DNA of 64,000 nucleotides from Octopus vulgaris (lineage: Eukaryota): assembly GCA_951406725.2 (NCBI GenBank), contig OX597814.1, positions 83,266,001 through 83,330,000 of the forward strand, read 5' to 3'. Below, one piece after another: positions 1 to 12,815 of the stretch. Each line of letters opens with the position of its first letter. Position 1 is the first letter of the stretch. The notes beneath the pieces are model-generated. The model made no database searches and was not told the origin of the DNA. It saw nothing but the letters and a program-made list of their open reading frames with translations. The translations under genes and the position numbers were made by a program.

Positions 1-750
1 TCCCAATAGAAATGAAGTCGATATTAACTTCAGAGATGTTAGCCAAACTGCAGAGAGGGAAGAAGTACAAAAAAGACTTCTGATTATTTAATCTTACAAT
101 ATTCATACCACAGTCTAAATATTCACTGTATCTATAATAATTTATTCTGCTGGAACTGACATAGAAGCCATCACCTGCAGATAAGACATTGTACTCACTC
201 ACTAACTTTATATGTTAGAATTGAGTAGTAATTTCTTTCTTATATGATGTATTAGAATCTTATAAGTCCATTACATTACCTATTTGGTAATGTCACCTCT
301 TATTACAAAAAGCCTATAACGTATATAGATCTTTTCTATTCTTAATTACAAGGAAGTGTGTAGAACTTGCGCGCAGGAGAATTGTGTGTATGTATGTGTG
401 TGTTTTGATTTGGTGTAGGCGTATGGAAGTCCAGCCAGCACGAAAGAAAATAATTTCTGATATAAGGGAAATAACTCATGATTATTTTCTTTTATGGTAT
501 GTAAGAGTGACGTCCCATGTAACATTTTGGATTACATGTGTATCTCTTGTTTATCATCACGTTTATCCGATTAAATTAAGCCAGATGCTAGTTTGAGTCA
601 CCTATTTAGAGGTGTTTGAAATTAAGGATTAAATATATTTTAGTGAAGATGTTGCAAGTAATAGAAATTATAAAGGATAGTTTGGTGTTTTATCGGGAGA
701 AAAATAGAGACAGTGTAGTATGGTGTCATTACAGAGTAGAAATTAAGTTT

Positions 751-1050
751 AATAATAATAATGATGAAATTATTGTATACAGTGCTCAGGTGCACAACAA
801 CTTGTCAAAAGTGCGTATAAAGCATATGCAGTAATGAACAAATGTCTGGAAGGTGAACAGTGTATGAGTCAGATACATGCTTACGTGTGTATGGAGGGGA
901 GAAAATCAGGTGTAGTGTAGGCGAATCTCAAGAAGTTTTGAAGGATGCAGTGCTCCGATAACTAACAACTGATGCCGGCAGTTTGTTCCATACTTCAGCA
1001 ACTCTTAGCGTGAAAAAATGTTTCCGAAAGTCATGGGAGCTGTGCTGTTT
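751..1050 (-). mobile_element. CR1/L2-type LINE 3' fragment (ORF2 C-terminus, 3'UTR, (ATT)n tail)
   Basis: Minus strand translates to KQHSSHDFRKHFFTLRVAEVWNKLPASVV..STASFK, the typical CR1-group ORF2 end; it finishes TGAGCACTGTATACAATAATTTCATCATTATTATTATT. Confidence 0.8.
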
Positions 1051-1060
1051 AGTGATTTCA

Positions 1061-1200
1061 CATTTTGGCTCAAGGCCAGCCATTTTGAGGGAAGGGGGTT
1101 AGTTGCTTACATCGACCCCAGTGCTAAACTAGTACTTATTTTATCGACCTTAAAAGGATGAAAGGCAAAGTCGACCTCAGCGGAATTTAAACTCACAACA
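1061..1200 (-). mobile_element. tRNA-derived SINE family A (MetaSINE-like core), partial
   Basis: Reverse complement contains GAGGTCGACTTTGCCTTTCATCCTTT..GGTCGATAAAATAAGTAC, which recurs more than 10 times in the window. Confidence 0.75.
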
Positions 1201-1993
1201 TAGGCTGGGACAAAATTCCAGATATGTGGGGATGGGGTTCATTTGTATCAACAAAACTCTTCACCTCAGAATTGCTGGCCTTGTGCCTAAATTAGAAACA
1301 ATTATTTCATATATGAAAATGTAGGGGAAAGTTGGGTGGAATAAAAACCCAGTATTTTAGCTGTTTGAAGTTAAGGCACTAGTCCGTTCTTAAAACATAA
1401 GACACTTTTAGGATTCTTGTTCATAGTTTCTTGATTGAAGAAGTCTGAAAGATTTTTTATATGAAGTTGATTAAATTCATTCCAGAATTTAGCTTTTATT
1501 TACATTATCAATTCCTGCATGATTAAAAAGGTTTGGCCGAATGATATATTTGCAGGTACCACTGCAAACATAAAAACCTGCTAGAAGTATAAAGAAACAG
1601 GCTGAGCCATGTAATTAAAAAGTCTGATTTGGTGTGGAATTCACCTACACACCACTTTAAATATCTTTAAGTATCTACCAAGCCTTGTGAAATAAATTAG
1701 GTAGAAAAAAACTGGAAGAACATCAGATGGACTGTGCAGTAGGGTACAGAATTTGGCCATTGCTCAATTTAATCACAACCTAGCTTTGGGTATTTTACTA
1801 AAGTCCATTCTGTTGCATGCATTTGGACTAATCCTTTCGCATCTTTCTGCTGCCAGAGTCAAAATTTGTGCAAAAACACATCATGGGTACTTACCTAATT
1901 TTTTTGACTAAGCCATAAAAAATAATGAATGAAAATCTTTATAGTAATATCCCATTGAGAATAGGTGTACATATGTACAGGCACACACACCAG

Positions 1994-2025
<32 letters not shown>

Positions 2026-2385
2026 CATACATGTCTGTGTGTGTGTATACATGTATATATGTGCGTGTGCATGTGTGTATCTACACATACACACAAACCC
2101 ACACACAAACTTTAAAAAAAATCACCCACCCAACCAAGTGAGCAACCGAAACCAGATAGATTTTATTCTCATAAAGAAATGGGATAGGTAGCTGATTGTA
2201 TATGTCAAATCTTTCTCAGGTCGAGAGCGTACTACTCAACATAGATTAGTGGTTAGTGTCTTCAATATAAAAGCTTCTTCAACAAAGAGACAAAAGGTAA
2301 TTTGGGAAAGAAAATGAAGATACAGAAGTAGAAAGAACTGCCCATCTTCTGCGTGTGTGTGTGTATGTGTATATATATATATATA

Positions 2386-4222
2386 TCATCATCATCATCA
2401 TCGTTTAACATCCGCTTTCCATGTTGACATGGGTTGGACAGCATGAATGAGGGCTGGCAAGACAGAAGGCTGCACCAGGCTCCAATCTGATCTGGCAAAG
2501 TTTCTACAGGTGAATGCCCTTCCTAATGCCAACTCGAATGGTGCTCTTTACATGCCAACGGTACGGGACCAGTCTGTTGGCACTGGCATTGACCATGCTT
2601 GAATGGTCTTTTTTACATGCCACCAGCACCAGAGCCAGTCAGGTGGCACTGGCAATGACTACGCTTGAATGATGCTTTTTGCATGACACCAGCACAGGAC
2701 CAGTCAGACAGCACTGGCATTGACGATGCTTGAATAGTGCTTTATACGTGTCACTGGCACAGGTGCCAATTAGGCAATACTGTCATCAGCCACGACAATG
2801 ACTTCACTTACCTCAACAGGTCCTTCACAAGTGCAATTTATTGCCCAATGATTGAAGGGTACTCTTAAATGGGCTGGTTATGCTGCACTGGCATAGGCCA
2901 TGGTTATGGTCTCACTTGGCTTGCTGAGTCTTCTCAAGCACAGTGTATCTCCAAAGGTCTCAATCACTTGTCATTGTCTCGGTGATGCCCAACATTTGAA
3001 GGTTGTGTTGTGCTTTACCACCTCATCCCAGGCCTTCTTGGGTCTACTTCTCCCACAGTTTCCCTCTACTGCTAGGGTGTGATACTTTTCACACAGCTGA
3101 CCTCATTCATACACAAGACATGACCATACCAGCACAGTTGTCTCTTTTGCACATCACATCTAATGCTTCTTATGTCCAACTTATCTCTCAGGGCGCTTAC
3201 ACTCTGTCGTATTTGCACACTAACACTACACATCCAGCAGAGTCGACATCGGCGGAATTCCTTGCATGTGTGTATCTGCATACATTGAATATATTAGTGT
3301 GTGTAGATACATGCATGCCCTCAGCAGTCACAGCCCATGTTTCACTGCCATGTAGCATGGCTGTTCATACATAGGCATCATACAGTCTACCTTTTACTTT
3401 GAGTGAGAGGCCCTTTGTTACAAGCATAAGTAGGAGCTCTCTGAACTTTGACCAGGCTGTTCTTATTCTAGCTGCTACACTTTCTGTTAGCCTTTTTTTG
3501 ATATTGCTGCACTTCTTCTGTGTCCATAGCTTGCACCGAATACATCTTATAGAGTTTTTACCCATACCTTTTCTACAGATCGAACAGGACCATCTACCTG
3601 AAGGGATTTGTGGTTTGTCTGCCTTCCTACTTATTAAAACTTTGATTTTTGCTAGATTTACTCTAAGGCCCTTCGATTCTAAACCTTGCTTCCACACCTG
3701 AAACTTCTCTAGTTCTGATAGTGACTCAGCAATTAGAGCAAGGTCATCAGCATAGGGAAGCTCCCTGGGGCATCCTGTCTCAAATTCCTCTGTTATTGCC
3801 TGGTGGACTATGATGAATAAAAGGGGGCTGAGGATTGATCCTTGGTGGATGCCTACCCCTATCTGGAATTCTTCACTATACTAGTTACCAACCCTCACCA
3901 TACTGACAGTATCCCTGCACATGTCTTATACAGCTGTCACTAACTACTCATCTATCCCTAGTTTCTGCATTGACCTCCAGATAAGGGATTGGGAGACCCT
4001 GTCAAAGGCTTTCTCCATGTCAACGAAAGCCAGGTACAGAGGTTTATCTTTGGCTAGGTATTTCTCCTACAACTGTCTTACCAGAAATATAGCATCAGTG
4101 GTGCTTTTCCCTGGCACAAACCCAAACTGCATCTCATCTAGACTGACTCTCTCCCTAATTAGTTGGGCTATGACCCTCTCCATGGCTTTCATTAACTGAT
4201 CCAACAACTTGATACCTCTGTA
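2386..4222 (-). mobile_element. Decayed RTE-clade LINE, 3' portion (RT C-half, PHD-like finger, 3'UTR, (GAT)n tail)
   Basis: Colinear with the 35.9-37.1 kb ORF; ORFs 3365-3697 and 3072-3281 give RT C-terminal peptides; stops, a deletion near 3483 and an insertion near 3240-3310. Confidence 0.93.
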
Positions 4223-4409
4223 AAAATTCCTAAGGGTGCAATGGGTAAATTGTCACCATTTCATATTTTTAATTTTGCTTACCATTTATACACATGCACA
4301 CACACATACACATTGGGAAAACCTCATTAAAATTAATATTAATATTTCTGAAAATATATGTTAGCACAACATTATCAGGACAATCCAAAACTAGTGAAAT
4401 ATATATAAA

Positions 4410-5219
4410 GGTAATCTTTATATCCAACTTAGCATGAATGTCTTGTTAGAGCACTGAATAGTGCATCATTAACCTTGAGAGATCCTCTCATATAGGTGCT
4501 TGGTGCATACAAGTACACACACCAGTTATAGAAGACAAGAATTGTCTTGTCATGGTTGCTGGAATCCCCATATCACATGATTTCACTTAACTGAAAATCA
4601 TCAGTGGGAAGTGTCTGGTCACCACATGCCAGTCAAATCTGACTGCTACAATATATTGAATACCAGTAGCTTTTCAGACACTGTTGTCGTAAATACCCAG
4701 CAGGCTTATCAAAAATTAATTACCTGCAACAGAAGCAGTATTAATACAAAATGGTAATCTTTCTATCCAACTTAAAATGGATGTCTTGTTAGAACACTGA
4801 ATACTGTGTTATTAGCCTCAGAAGATCCTCTCAAAATAGGCGCTATGATTTATGTGTGTGTTTTTATGTTCCAGGTGCCTATTAATACCTTTTGGTATAA
4901 ATGCTGATTCTGTCACTAATAATTAATTTTTGATAAGCCTGCTGGCTATTTGTGACATTAGTGTCTGAAAAGAAGCTCATATTTTATATATTGAAGCAAG
5001 ATTCGACCTCTGATGATTTCCAGTTGAATGAAATCACATGGCATGACAGACAGTCCTCATCTGCTATGATCTATGTGCGTGCTTTTATGCACCAAGCACC
5101 TATATAAGAGGATCTCTCAAGACTAATAATGCATTATTCAGTGTTCTAACAAGACATCCTTATTAAGTTGGATATAAAGATTACATTATTTTGGTATTAA
5201 TACTGCTGCTGTCGCTGAT

Positions 5220-5220
<1 letters not shown>
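4410..5220. mobile_element. Head-to-head tandem of a ~340-bp non-coding monomer carrying a hammerhead-like motif (retrozyme / Penelope pLTR-like)
   Basis: 4411-4503 repeats at 4754-4843 (period ~343); 4921-5185 is the inverted copy of 4410-4722; ends in (TA)n. Confidence 0.6.
4565..4610 (-). ncRNA. Putative type I hammerhead ribozyme (weak stem II)
   Basis: Minus strand ttccca-CTGATGA-ttttcagttaagt-GAAA-tcatgtga-TA-tgggga: 6-bp stem I, intact core, stem III closing on an AUA triplet. Confidence 0.5.

Positions 5221-5268
<48 letters not shown>
5221..5268. repeat. (TA)n microsatellite
   Basis: Direct reading. Confidence 0.95.
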
Positions 5269-5271
<3 letters not shown>

Positions 5272-6362
5272 TCATCATCATTTAACGCCCGCTTTCCATG
5301 CTAGCATGGGTTGGACGGTTCAACTGGGGTCTGGGGAGCCCGAAAGCTGCACCAGTCCAGTCAGATCTGGCAGTGTTTCTACAGCTGGATGCCCTTCCTA
5401 ACGCCAACCACTCCGAGAGTGTAGTGGGTGATTTTATGTGCCACCGGCACAGGTGCCAGACGAGGCTGGCAAACGGCCACGCTCGGATGGTGTTTTTTAT
5501 GTGCCACCGACACAGGTGCCAGACGAGGCTGGCAGACGGCCACGCTCGGATGGTGTTTTTATGTGCCACCGACACAGGTGCCAGATGAGGCTGGCAAACG
5601 GCCACGATCGGATGGTGTTTGTTACGTGCCCACAGCACGGAGACCAGTCGATGCGGTACTGGCTACGGCCACGTTCGGATGGTTTTCTTGTGTGCCACGT
5701 GCCACCGGCACTGGTACCACAAAGATACAAATTCCATTGATGTTCATCTATTTTGATTTGTTTTGATTTGATTTTCACTTGCCTCAACAGGTCTTCACAA
5801 GTGTCACAAGAAGGAAGGTATGCACAGGTGGACTGACTACGTCCCAGGTAGGGGCCACAGGTTATGGCCTGACTAGTCTTGCCGGGTCTTCGGATGGTGT
5901 TTTTATGTGCCACCGACACAGGTGCCAGATGAGGCTGGCGAACGACCACGATCGGATGGTGTTTGTTACGTGCCCACAGCACGGAGGCCAGTCGGTGCAG
6001 TACTGGCTACGGCCACGTTCGGATGGTTTTCTTGTGTGCCACTGGCACTGGTACCACAAAGATACAATTCCATTAATGTTCATCTATTTTGATTTGTTTT
6101 GATTTGTTTTGATTTGATTTGATTTCATTTCATTTTGATTTTCACTTGCCTCAACAGGCCTTCACAAGTATCACAAGGAGGAAGGTATGCACAGGTGGAC
6201 TGACTACGTCCCAGGTAGGGGCCATGGGATATGGCCTGACTAGTCTTGCAGGGTCTTCGGATGGTGTTTTTATGTGCCACCGACACAGGTGCTAGATGAG
6301 GCTGGCGAACGGCCACGATCGGATGGTGTTTGTTATGTGCCCACAGCACGATGGCCAGTCGA
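5268..6362 (-). mobile_element. Young RTE LINE 3'UTR with internal ~62-bp repeats and a ~345-bp higher-order tandem duplication
   Basis: Nearly identical to 35500-35977; (ATC)n tail at 5268-5281; block 5553-5895 repeats at 5896-6262 and partially at 6263-6362. Confidence 0.9.
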
Positions 6363-7399
6363 TAAATTTTTTACTTAATTATGTTGTGAAATTTCTTGCT
6401 CATTTCATGATGAAATAGGTAGATAGTTCTTGTAAATTTCTCAGATTATTTTAAATTACCTAATTGTAGTTTACATTCTGAACTATGAGCTTGATATTCA
6501 AATCAAATTTATTTTCAGTTAATTTAGGATTTAATGGAGAATTAATTGATCTCTGAAGGCCTTCTTTACGTCTTTGTGTTGCCAAAACATTAAAACTTGT
6601 GACATCTACAATGGGAACATTATGGGACAATTGAGAGAAAATTAAGTCAAATGCCCAAAAAGTTACTCTATTAACTGCTTGGACATTATCTTTTCATAGA
6701 TCTAATGTGAGGGTTAAGATACACAGCTCAGACTTGACATAAGACCAAACTTGACATAATGTACAAACAGATGATACCCCATAAATATCAAAGAACTTTG
6801 GAGAGGTTCTTCATTCTCAAGCAGATGATGATAATGATGAATTGTAAGATAAAAGCAGTGTCCTTTCTCCTCCTGATGGCTCTCATACCCTCACCATCCC
6901 TCACATTGTGAACATCATTTGTGATAAAAACATACCCTATTATGATTCTTATTTATTCCCTAACCTATCTATCTTCAAATGTTAAGTATACATATTGCTC
7001 TGTATATGTATAGAAATTATTATTTTCATGCATAAAACTGGTCATGTTGCTTTTTTTTTTTTAGGAGGTGGGGACAAAAATAATGCCTTGAAACACACTA
7101 TCACTTAATAACTTGAAAATCAATGGTAAAGTTAATTTTGCATTACGGGATTCTGCATTACACCAAGTTTTTCAGGAAACATTGTTTCTGTAATGTGGGG
7201 TATTCCTGTATCCTGTACTATCTCATGGCGCATTATAGAATGTAAAAATAAATTTTGATTGCAGAAATTAATAATTAAACTGAACATTTGCCACAAATAA
7301 ATTAATTCACTGTTTAGATGATTGAAACAGTATAATACTTGAATAATTGCCTGTTTTTATTGTTTTATTCTATTTTATCTAGTCCAGTTCATCATTACT

Positions 7400-7623
7400 T
7401 TAACCCTTTAGCATTTAAACCGGCCATATCCGGCTCAAAATTTTCTACATGTTTTATGTTCAAACTGGCCAAATCTGGCTTCTCACACCTACGTAAGAAC
7501 GTCATTGTAAAAATATATAGTCACATCATTGAAATATCAAAGCTACAAGATAATGCATGATTAATTCAAATCAAGGTGAATAAATAAGCATTACATTTGA
7601 TAATCTGAATACATAAGGGTTAA
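7400..7623 (+). mobile_element. piggyBac-type MITE
   Basis: TTAA-CCCTTTAGCATT ... AAGGG-TTAA; further copies at 8772, 14938, 33541 and ~60535. Confidence 0.85.
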
Positions 7624-8771
7624 ATTGAAATCTCACTGAACTCAGCTTCCTATTTCATTCCTATGTGGTTGTGAAAAATAGTAATATACTGAGATCAGTT
7701 TAACCCTTTTGTGGCTGTATTTCATTATCTATATATTTTAGTTTTGAAAATAATAAATAATCCTAAGGGCTAACATATGTTGTTGTTAAACTGTTATGTG
7801 GAACATGACTTCACAAAAGATTCTTCCATAAAAATTATGAATGGAAGTTTTAAATTAAATATTTAAACACTTTAAAATGAATGGTTTTGTATCGTTGAAC
7901 CATGGGAGGCCTCAGGCCTGTTGATACAGTTAACTAACTGTTTAACAGTTAATTAAATATACACATCTATTTCCAAAGTTATCTTTATAGCCAACCAAAT
8001 GAAATAGTTATACTATTATTTACTGTCAACCACTATATAACAAGAAGTAAGCTTCCCACAAGCCAAATACACAAACTAATTCTGCTGCTTGGTTGAAGAG
8101 AATTCATATCATCATATTGTTAAAGTCTTGGAAAAAGCATTAATATTGCATCTCGTTTTCCTTTCCATATAAAATTCTAAGTTTGTACCTAATAAAAAAC
8201 AAAGTCATATAGCATAGTAATTACAGTGTAACTACATTTTCAGAGAAAGAAATTTGAAATTTTCCAATTGTGACTGTTGCATGTGTATTTCATGTTATTA
8301 GAAAAGGTTCAAATGTAGGTTGCAACTTTGTATTTTGCCTCTATTACAATTTTAATGATTCATACCTACATAAAATATTGCTAATTATTTTAAAATTTCA
8401 TAAAATTTTGTTTTATTGATTTTATGGTAAATAAATGATGATTAGTTTTCTTTTCTTCTTTTTTTTTGTTGTTATTTTATATTTTATTTGGTTCATTATA
8501 TCTTAACAATAAGATTGCTTGTCTTGAAGTTGGGAAAATGTCCCAATCTGCCATCTATTTCTATTTGGTTCCCTGCATTTACCTACAAATACTCATATTG
8601 TAGTCTTATTAGGGTTGCTAAAAACAATGTCAGTCAAAGTATTGAGAGTCTATAATGAAGTTTTCTCTCCAATGTAACTATTTTCTGTTTTATATCCACT
8701 AAATCAATTCCATGCTTTGCAAAAGTTCAAATATTATAATGAATTTACTCAACTAATATATTTTTGGAGAT

Positions 8772-8965
8772 TTAACCCTTTAGCATTTAAACCAACGATA
8801 TCAGGCCCAAATATATTGTACCTTGATTTATGTTCAAACTGTCCAGATTCAACCGCTCACCCAACAATGTCATTCTAAAACTAAAGTCGCATCAAAACTT
8901 TGAAGTTACAAGATAATGCATGACTAATTCAAAACAATGTGAATAATCTGAATGCTAAAGAGTTA
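8772..8965 (+). mobile_element. piggyBac-type MITE (same family)
   Basis: TTAACCCTTTAGCATTTAAAC...AATGCTAAAGAGTTA. Confidence 0.8.
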
Positions 8966-9262
8966 TAGTATTAGCATCAATGTAATGACCTTTGAACCTT
9001 ATCTTCCATTTCACTACACTGACCTTTGCTTCTCTAAATTCTTCAACTTTATACCACCTCATGCAGCAGTTTCTCTACCTTCAGTTATTCTCCTTGATGT
9101 ATCAGGTATGCAGTAAAAGAGTCACTGGTTGGTTGGAAATCTGTAACCAATGATGTTGTTGTTTATAAATTGTGATATGAAATAAATGAATGATAAAAAA
9201 ATATATGTAATTGGAAATGTTGGGTAAACAGTAATACTTCTAGAAGAAAGTAAAGTATTTAG

Positions 9263-9850
9263 TGGAATATCTAAATATTGGTTTAAAATTTTGGCACAAG
9301 GCCAGTAAGTTTGGTGGAGGAGGTATGTCGCTTACATCACCCTCAATGTTCAACTGGTACTTATTTTATTGACCCTGAAAGGATGAAAGGCAAAGTCGAC
9401 CTCACTGGAATTTGAGCTCAGAATGCAAGAACAGAAGAAATGCCACTCAGCATTTTGCCCACCATGCTAACGATTCTATCAGCTTGCCACCTTTGGATAT
9501 CTAAATATTGGTTTCAAATTTTGGCACAAGGTCAGCAATTTCAGGGGTAGGGCTAAGTCAATTACATTAACCCTACTGTTCAACTGGAACTTAATTTTAT
9601 CAACCTCAAAAGAATGAAAGACAAGGTTGACCTCAGCAGAATTTGAACTCAGAAAGTAAGGAGGGACAAAATGCTAATGATTCTGCAAACTCACCACCTT
9701 GGAATATCTAAATACTGGTTTCAGATTTTAGCACAAGGCCAGGAATTTTGGAGGAGGGTCAAATCAGTTAAATTGATCCCAGTGCTTGACTGGTACTTAT
9801 TTTATCAACCCCAGAAGGATGAAAGGCAAAGTCAACCCTAGCAAAACTTG
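9263..9850 (-). mobile_element. Three head-to-tail SINE family A copies
   Basis: Three diverged copies, each preceded by GGA(A)TATCTAAATA(T/C)TGGTTT at ~9263, ~9495 and ~9701. Confidence 0.85.
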
Positions 9851-10933
9851 GAAGAATAAATACTGAAAAAAGTGAAAAGATTCAATGTTCAGTCTTTTCC
9901 TGAATTCATGAATATCCTATATAATATCCACTATATCAATTCCATATTTAAAAAAAAACTTCAAATATTATTGTCAATTTACTTGACTAAAATATTTTGG
10001 AGATTTAAATTAATAACATCAGTGTAATGACTATCACTCTTGATTGACAATCCTTCCCTCAGCAACAGTCTGTAACTACTTGAACCTTTTCTTCCATTTT
10101 ACTATTTTGCTGTAACTATGATAACTTTTGGATAAAGTGTTCTGGTTTTATGATGTCAAAATATAAACATGTAGAAATATATGCATATTGATGCTCCACA
10201 GTTATCCATGGCTGAATCAGTTCTAGCTGAAGCATACTGAAATATTCAGAGCTGCAAGATTGTTCTGTATAGATGAAAAATTCATGTCCTTTAGATTACC
10301 AGAAGCTTTTATTGCAATTTCTATCAAATGGCCCTGCAAGAAACTTGTATTAAAAAAAATTAACTTCTTTTTATTTTTTTATGTGAATTTAAACAGGAGA
10401 GCATCAGAAATTTAAACTATACTCCCAGTGGATAAAACTTGCTATCTGTTTTCAGTCCCCAGTAGTAATTATTCCTCTTCATTTACATCACTGATGCCTA
10501 TAGGAAAATGAAGAGGAATTGTATCCAATCAAAACTTTAATTTATCATTTCCTTGAGACTTTTAAAGCATGATTACCCAATGATATTGCAGCCTATATGT
10601 AATCAAGCACTTGTCTTTAAATACAACTTACACAAAATTTGAAAATTTGTTTTTATGCAAATATTGATCCATTACAAAAATCTATAGCAAAGAGGAAATA
10701 AGGTACAAGAAATGCTTTAATGAACATATTTTACTGATGGGTAGAAGCAATGTTGGTGGAGAGAAATGACTTCAACTAGAAATTTGAATACATTACTGAC
10801 TTGTTTTACAGTAGCTTATCTGTTGCCACGTTTATGGATTTCTTTTTTTTTTTTTTACTGTATTTGTAAAATGTGTGCACAAGAGGGTGTAACTTATATT
10901 ATGTGTAACTCTGATTCCTCTTTCTTTTTGTAG

Positions 10934-11153
10934 GACGTCGGGCAAGCTTGGAGTCGTCGAGTAGCAAAGACACTTCCATATCAGCACACCAACTTTCTCC
11001 ATTCAAATTTTCTAAGTTTAGCCGGGATTCTAGCAGGTTAAAAAAAATGGGGTACGGAAGATCTCCATTGCTGAGTTCTCAATCTGCCTGGGGTGATCAG
11101 GTCAGTTTACCTCGACAAGACTCCACCGACCAAACATTTGAGAATGTGTCTGC
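10934..11153 (+). CDS. Probable internal coding exon (220 bp) of an unidentified host gene; Ser/Arg-rich peptide xRRASLESSSSKDTSISAHQLSPFKFSKFSRDSSRLKKMGYGRSPLLSSQSAWGDQVSLPRQDSTDQTFENVS
   Basis: Polypyrimidine tract + TAG acceptor (ttcctctttctttttgtag), GTAAGT donor at 11154, open frame, higher GC and retained CpGs relative to flanks, not repeated in the window. Confidence 0.65.
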
Positions 11154-12459
11154 GTAAGTACTCTGGAATTATACATTTTAAGTCTGTTTCCAATGTCTAT
11201 TGTTCGCCTGCACTAATTAATATTTCTGAGTATTGCCTCTAAATCATACACTAAATGGTATAACTGAGATTTATTTCTATAATTTTGAGTTGGTGAGTGT
11301 AGATGTCTGAGTTGACAAGGTACCCTCACACAACCACTTAGCTATGATATGTAAGTTACAATGTCTGACTTGATTTAGCTCAAAATGTTGCCTGCTTTTG
11401 TTGTTTTAGCTCTATTCCAATTCTAAATCTAAGATTACACTTCAAAGAGAATTTTTTTTCTGATGACAATTTTGAAGTTACTTAACCTCACACATTTCAC
11501 TATATCACTATATACATTTTACTAATGCAGACCATAACCAGTTTCTGTAAACTCTGGTTTTCACATTCACACCAGAAATTCCTTCTTGAATCAACAGTTT
11601 ATGATGTGTATGCACATGCATAAGTGGGTCTTGGCTATATTTTATATTGGTGTACAACTTTTACTTGTATTTTATGACTGATTTCATTTATGTTACATAT
11701 TTATATCAAATTTCATGTTAACTGATAAAACATTTTAAAATTTAAATATTACTTGCTAATATCATTGGCTGTGCATCCTTTAAATACACTTGGTTCTAAA
11801 CCTTGTTCCATTCTTACATCATGGTTGAGTTGTTAGAAAAGGGAAAACCGTGCATATAAATAAATCATCTCACCTATGCAAGCATTCAAAAATGGACAGA
11901 AAACAGTAAAAGAAAATTCTTTCATATCATTTGTATTCCAGAAAATGTTGGAATACAAGTTATACAAGTTATATACCTATGTGGTATTAACCAGAATTTT
12001 CTTTAATCATACACAAGCAAGCATGTGCATGCATGTGTGCACGCACATGCACACACCTAAATATATTTATATGTGTAAATTTGTATATCCTGAAATCATA
12101 AAAATATGAATAGTCTGAAGTTATATATTTACTATTTGCTGATGCAGGTGATCACTAGTTTTCCCCATGTTCTACTGTTTACCATATACTTTTATGCATG
12201 ATATTTACATATTGAAGCAGATTTAAATGTAATACATTTGTAAACAACAATTTAAGATCAAAACATGAACCAATGATGGAATCAAACCATAGATCTCTTG
12301 CTTTCTGTACAAATTCACTATCATTTACATCACTCTTGCCTTATGAGTCCTTGGACTCATGACATATGTGAGTGAATCTTTGGTATTTTTGATAAGAAGG
12401 GAAGAAGCGAAGTAATGGAGATTATCCATCATCTTTCCAGCATCAACCTTGGGCACCTT

Positions 12460-12815
12460 TTTGAATTCCACATGTTTAACACTCATAGACATGCTTACAG
12501 AACTGAAGAAACAACACAGCATCTATAACTTTTGGAAACATTTTTTCATGCTCAGAATTGCTGAAGCATAGAATAAACTATCTGCATGAACTGTCAGCTG
12601 TTAAGACATTAAATCTTTGAAATCTGTCATGCTCCCTGAAATTTGCCAACAGTACACCTGATGTCCCCCAACCCCATATCTTGCTTTTTATTTTTCAGAC
12701 TTTTTCATTATTCACTTCCTGTGCATATTCTATGTATTGTTCATGCAGTTTTGGTTACTTTTGCTGATGAGTTGTAGTGCATCTGAGCACTGTATATAAT
12801 AAATTCATTATTATT
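12460..12815 (+). mobile_element. Old CR1/L2-type LINE 3' fragment
   Basis: Homologous to the reverse complement of 751-1050 (GGAAACATTTTTTCATGCTCAGAATTGCTGAAG ... TGAGCACTGTATATAATAAATTCATTATTATT). Confidence 0.7.

Noticed and set aside
5433-5620. CRISPR-like array of regularly spaced hairpin repeats
   Set aside because: Units are contiguous tandem repeats without unique spacers, lie in a LINE 3'UTR, and there are no cas genes in this eukaryotic context
5282-6349. Many overlapping ORFs on both strands
   Set aside because: GC-rich tandem repeats of the RTE 3'UTR with no protein motifs
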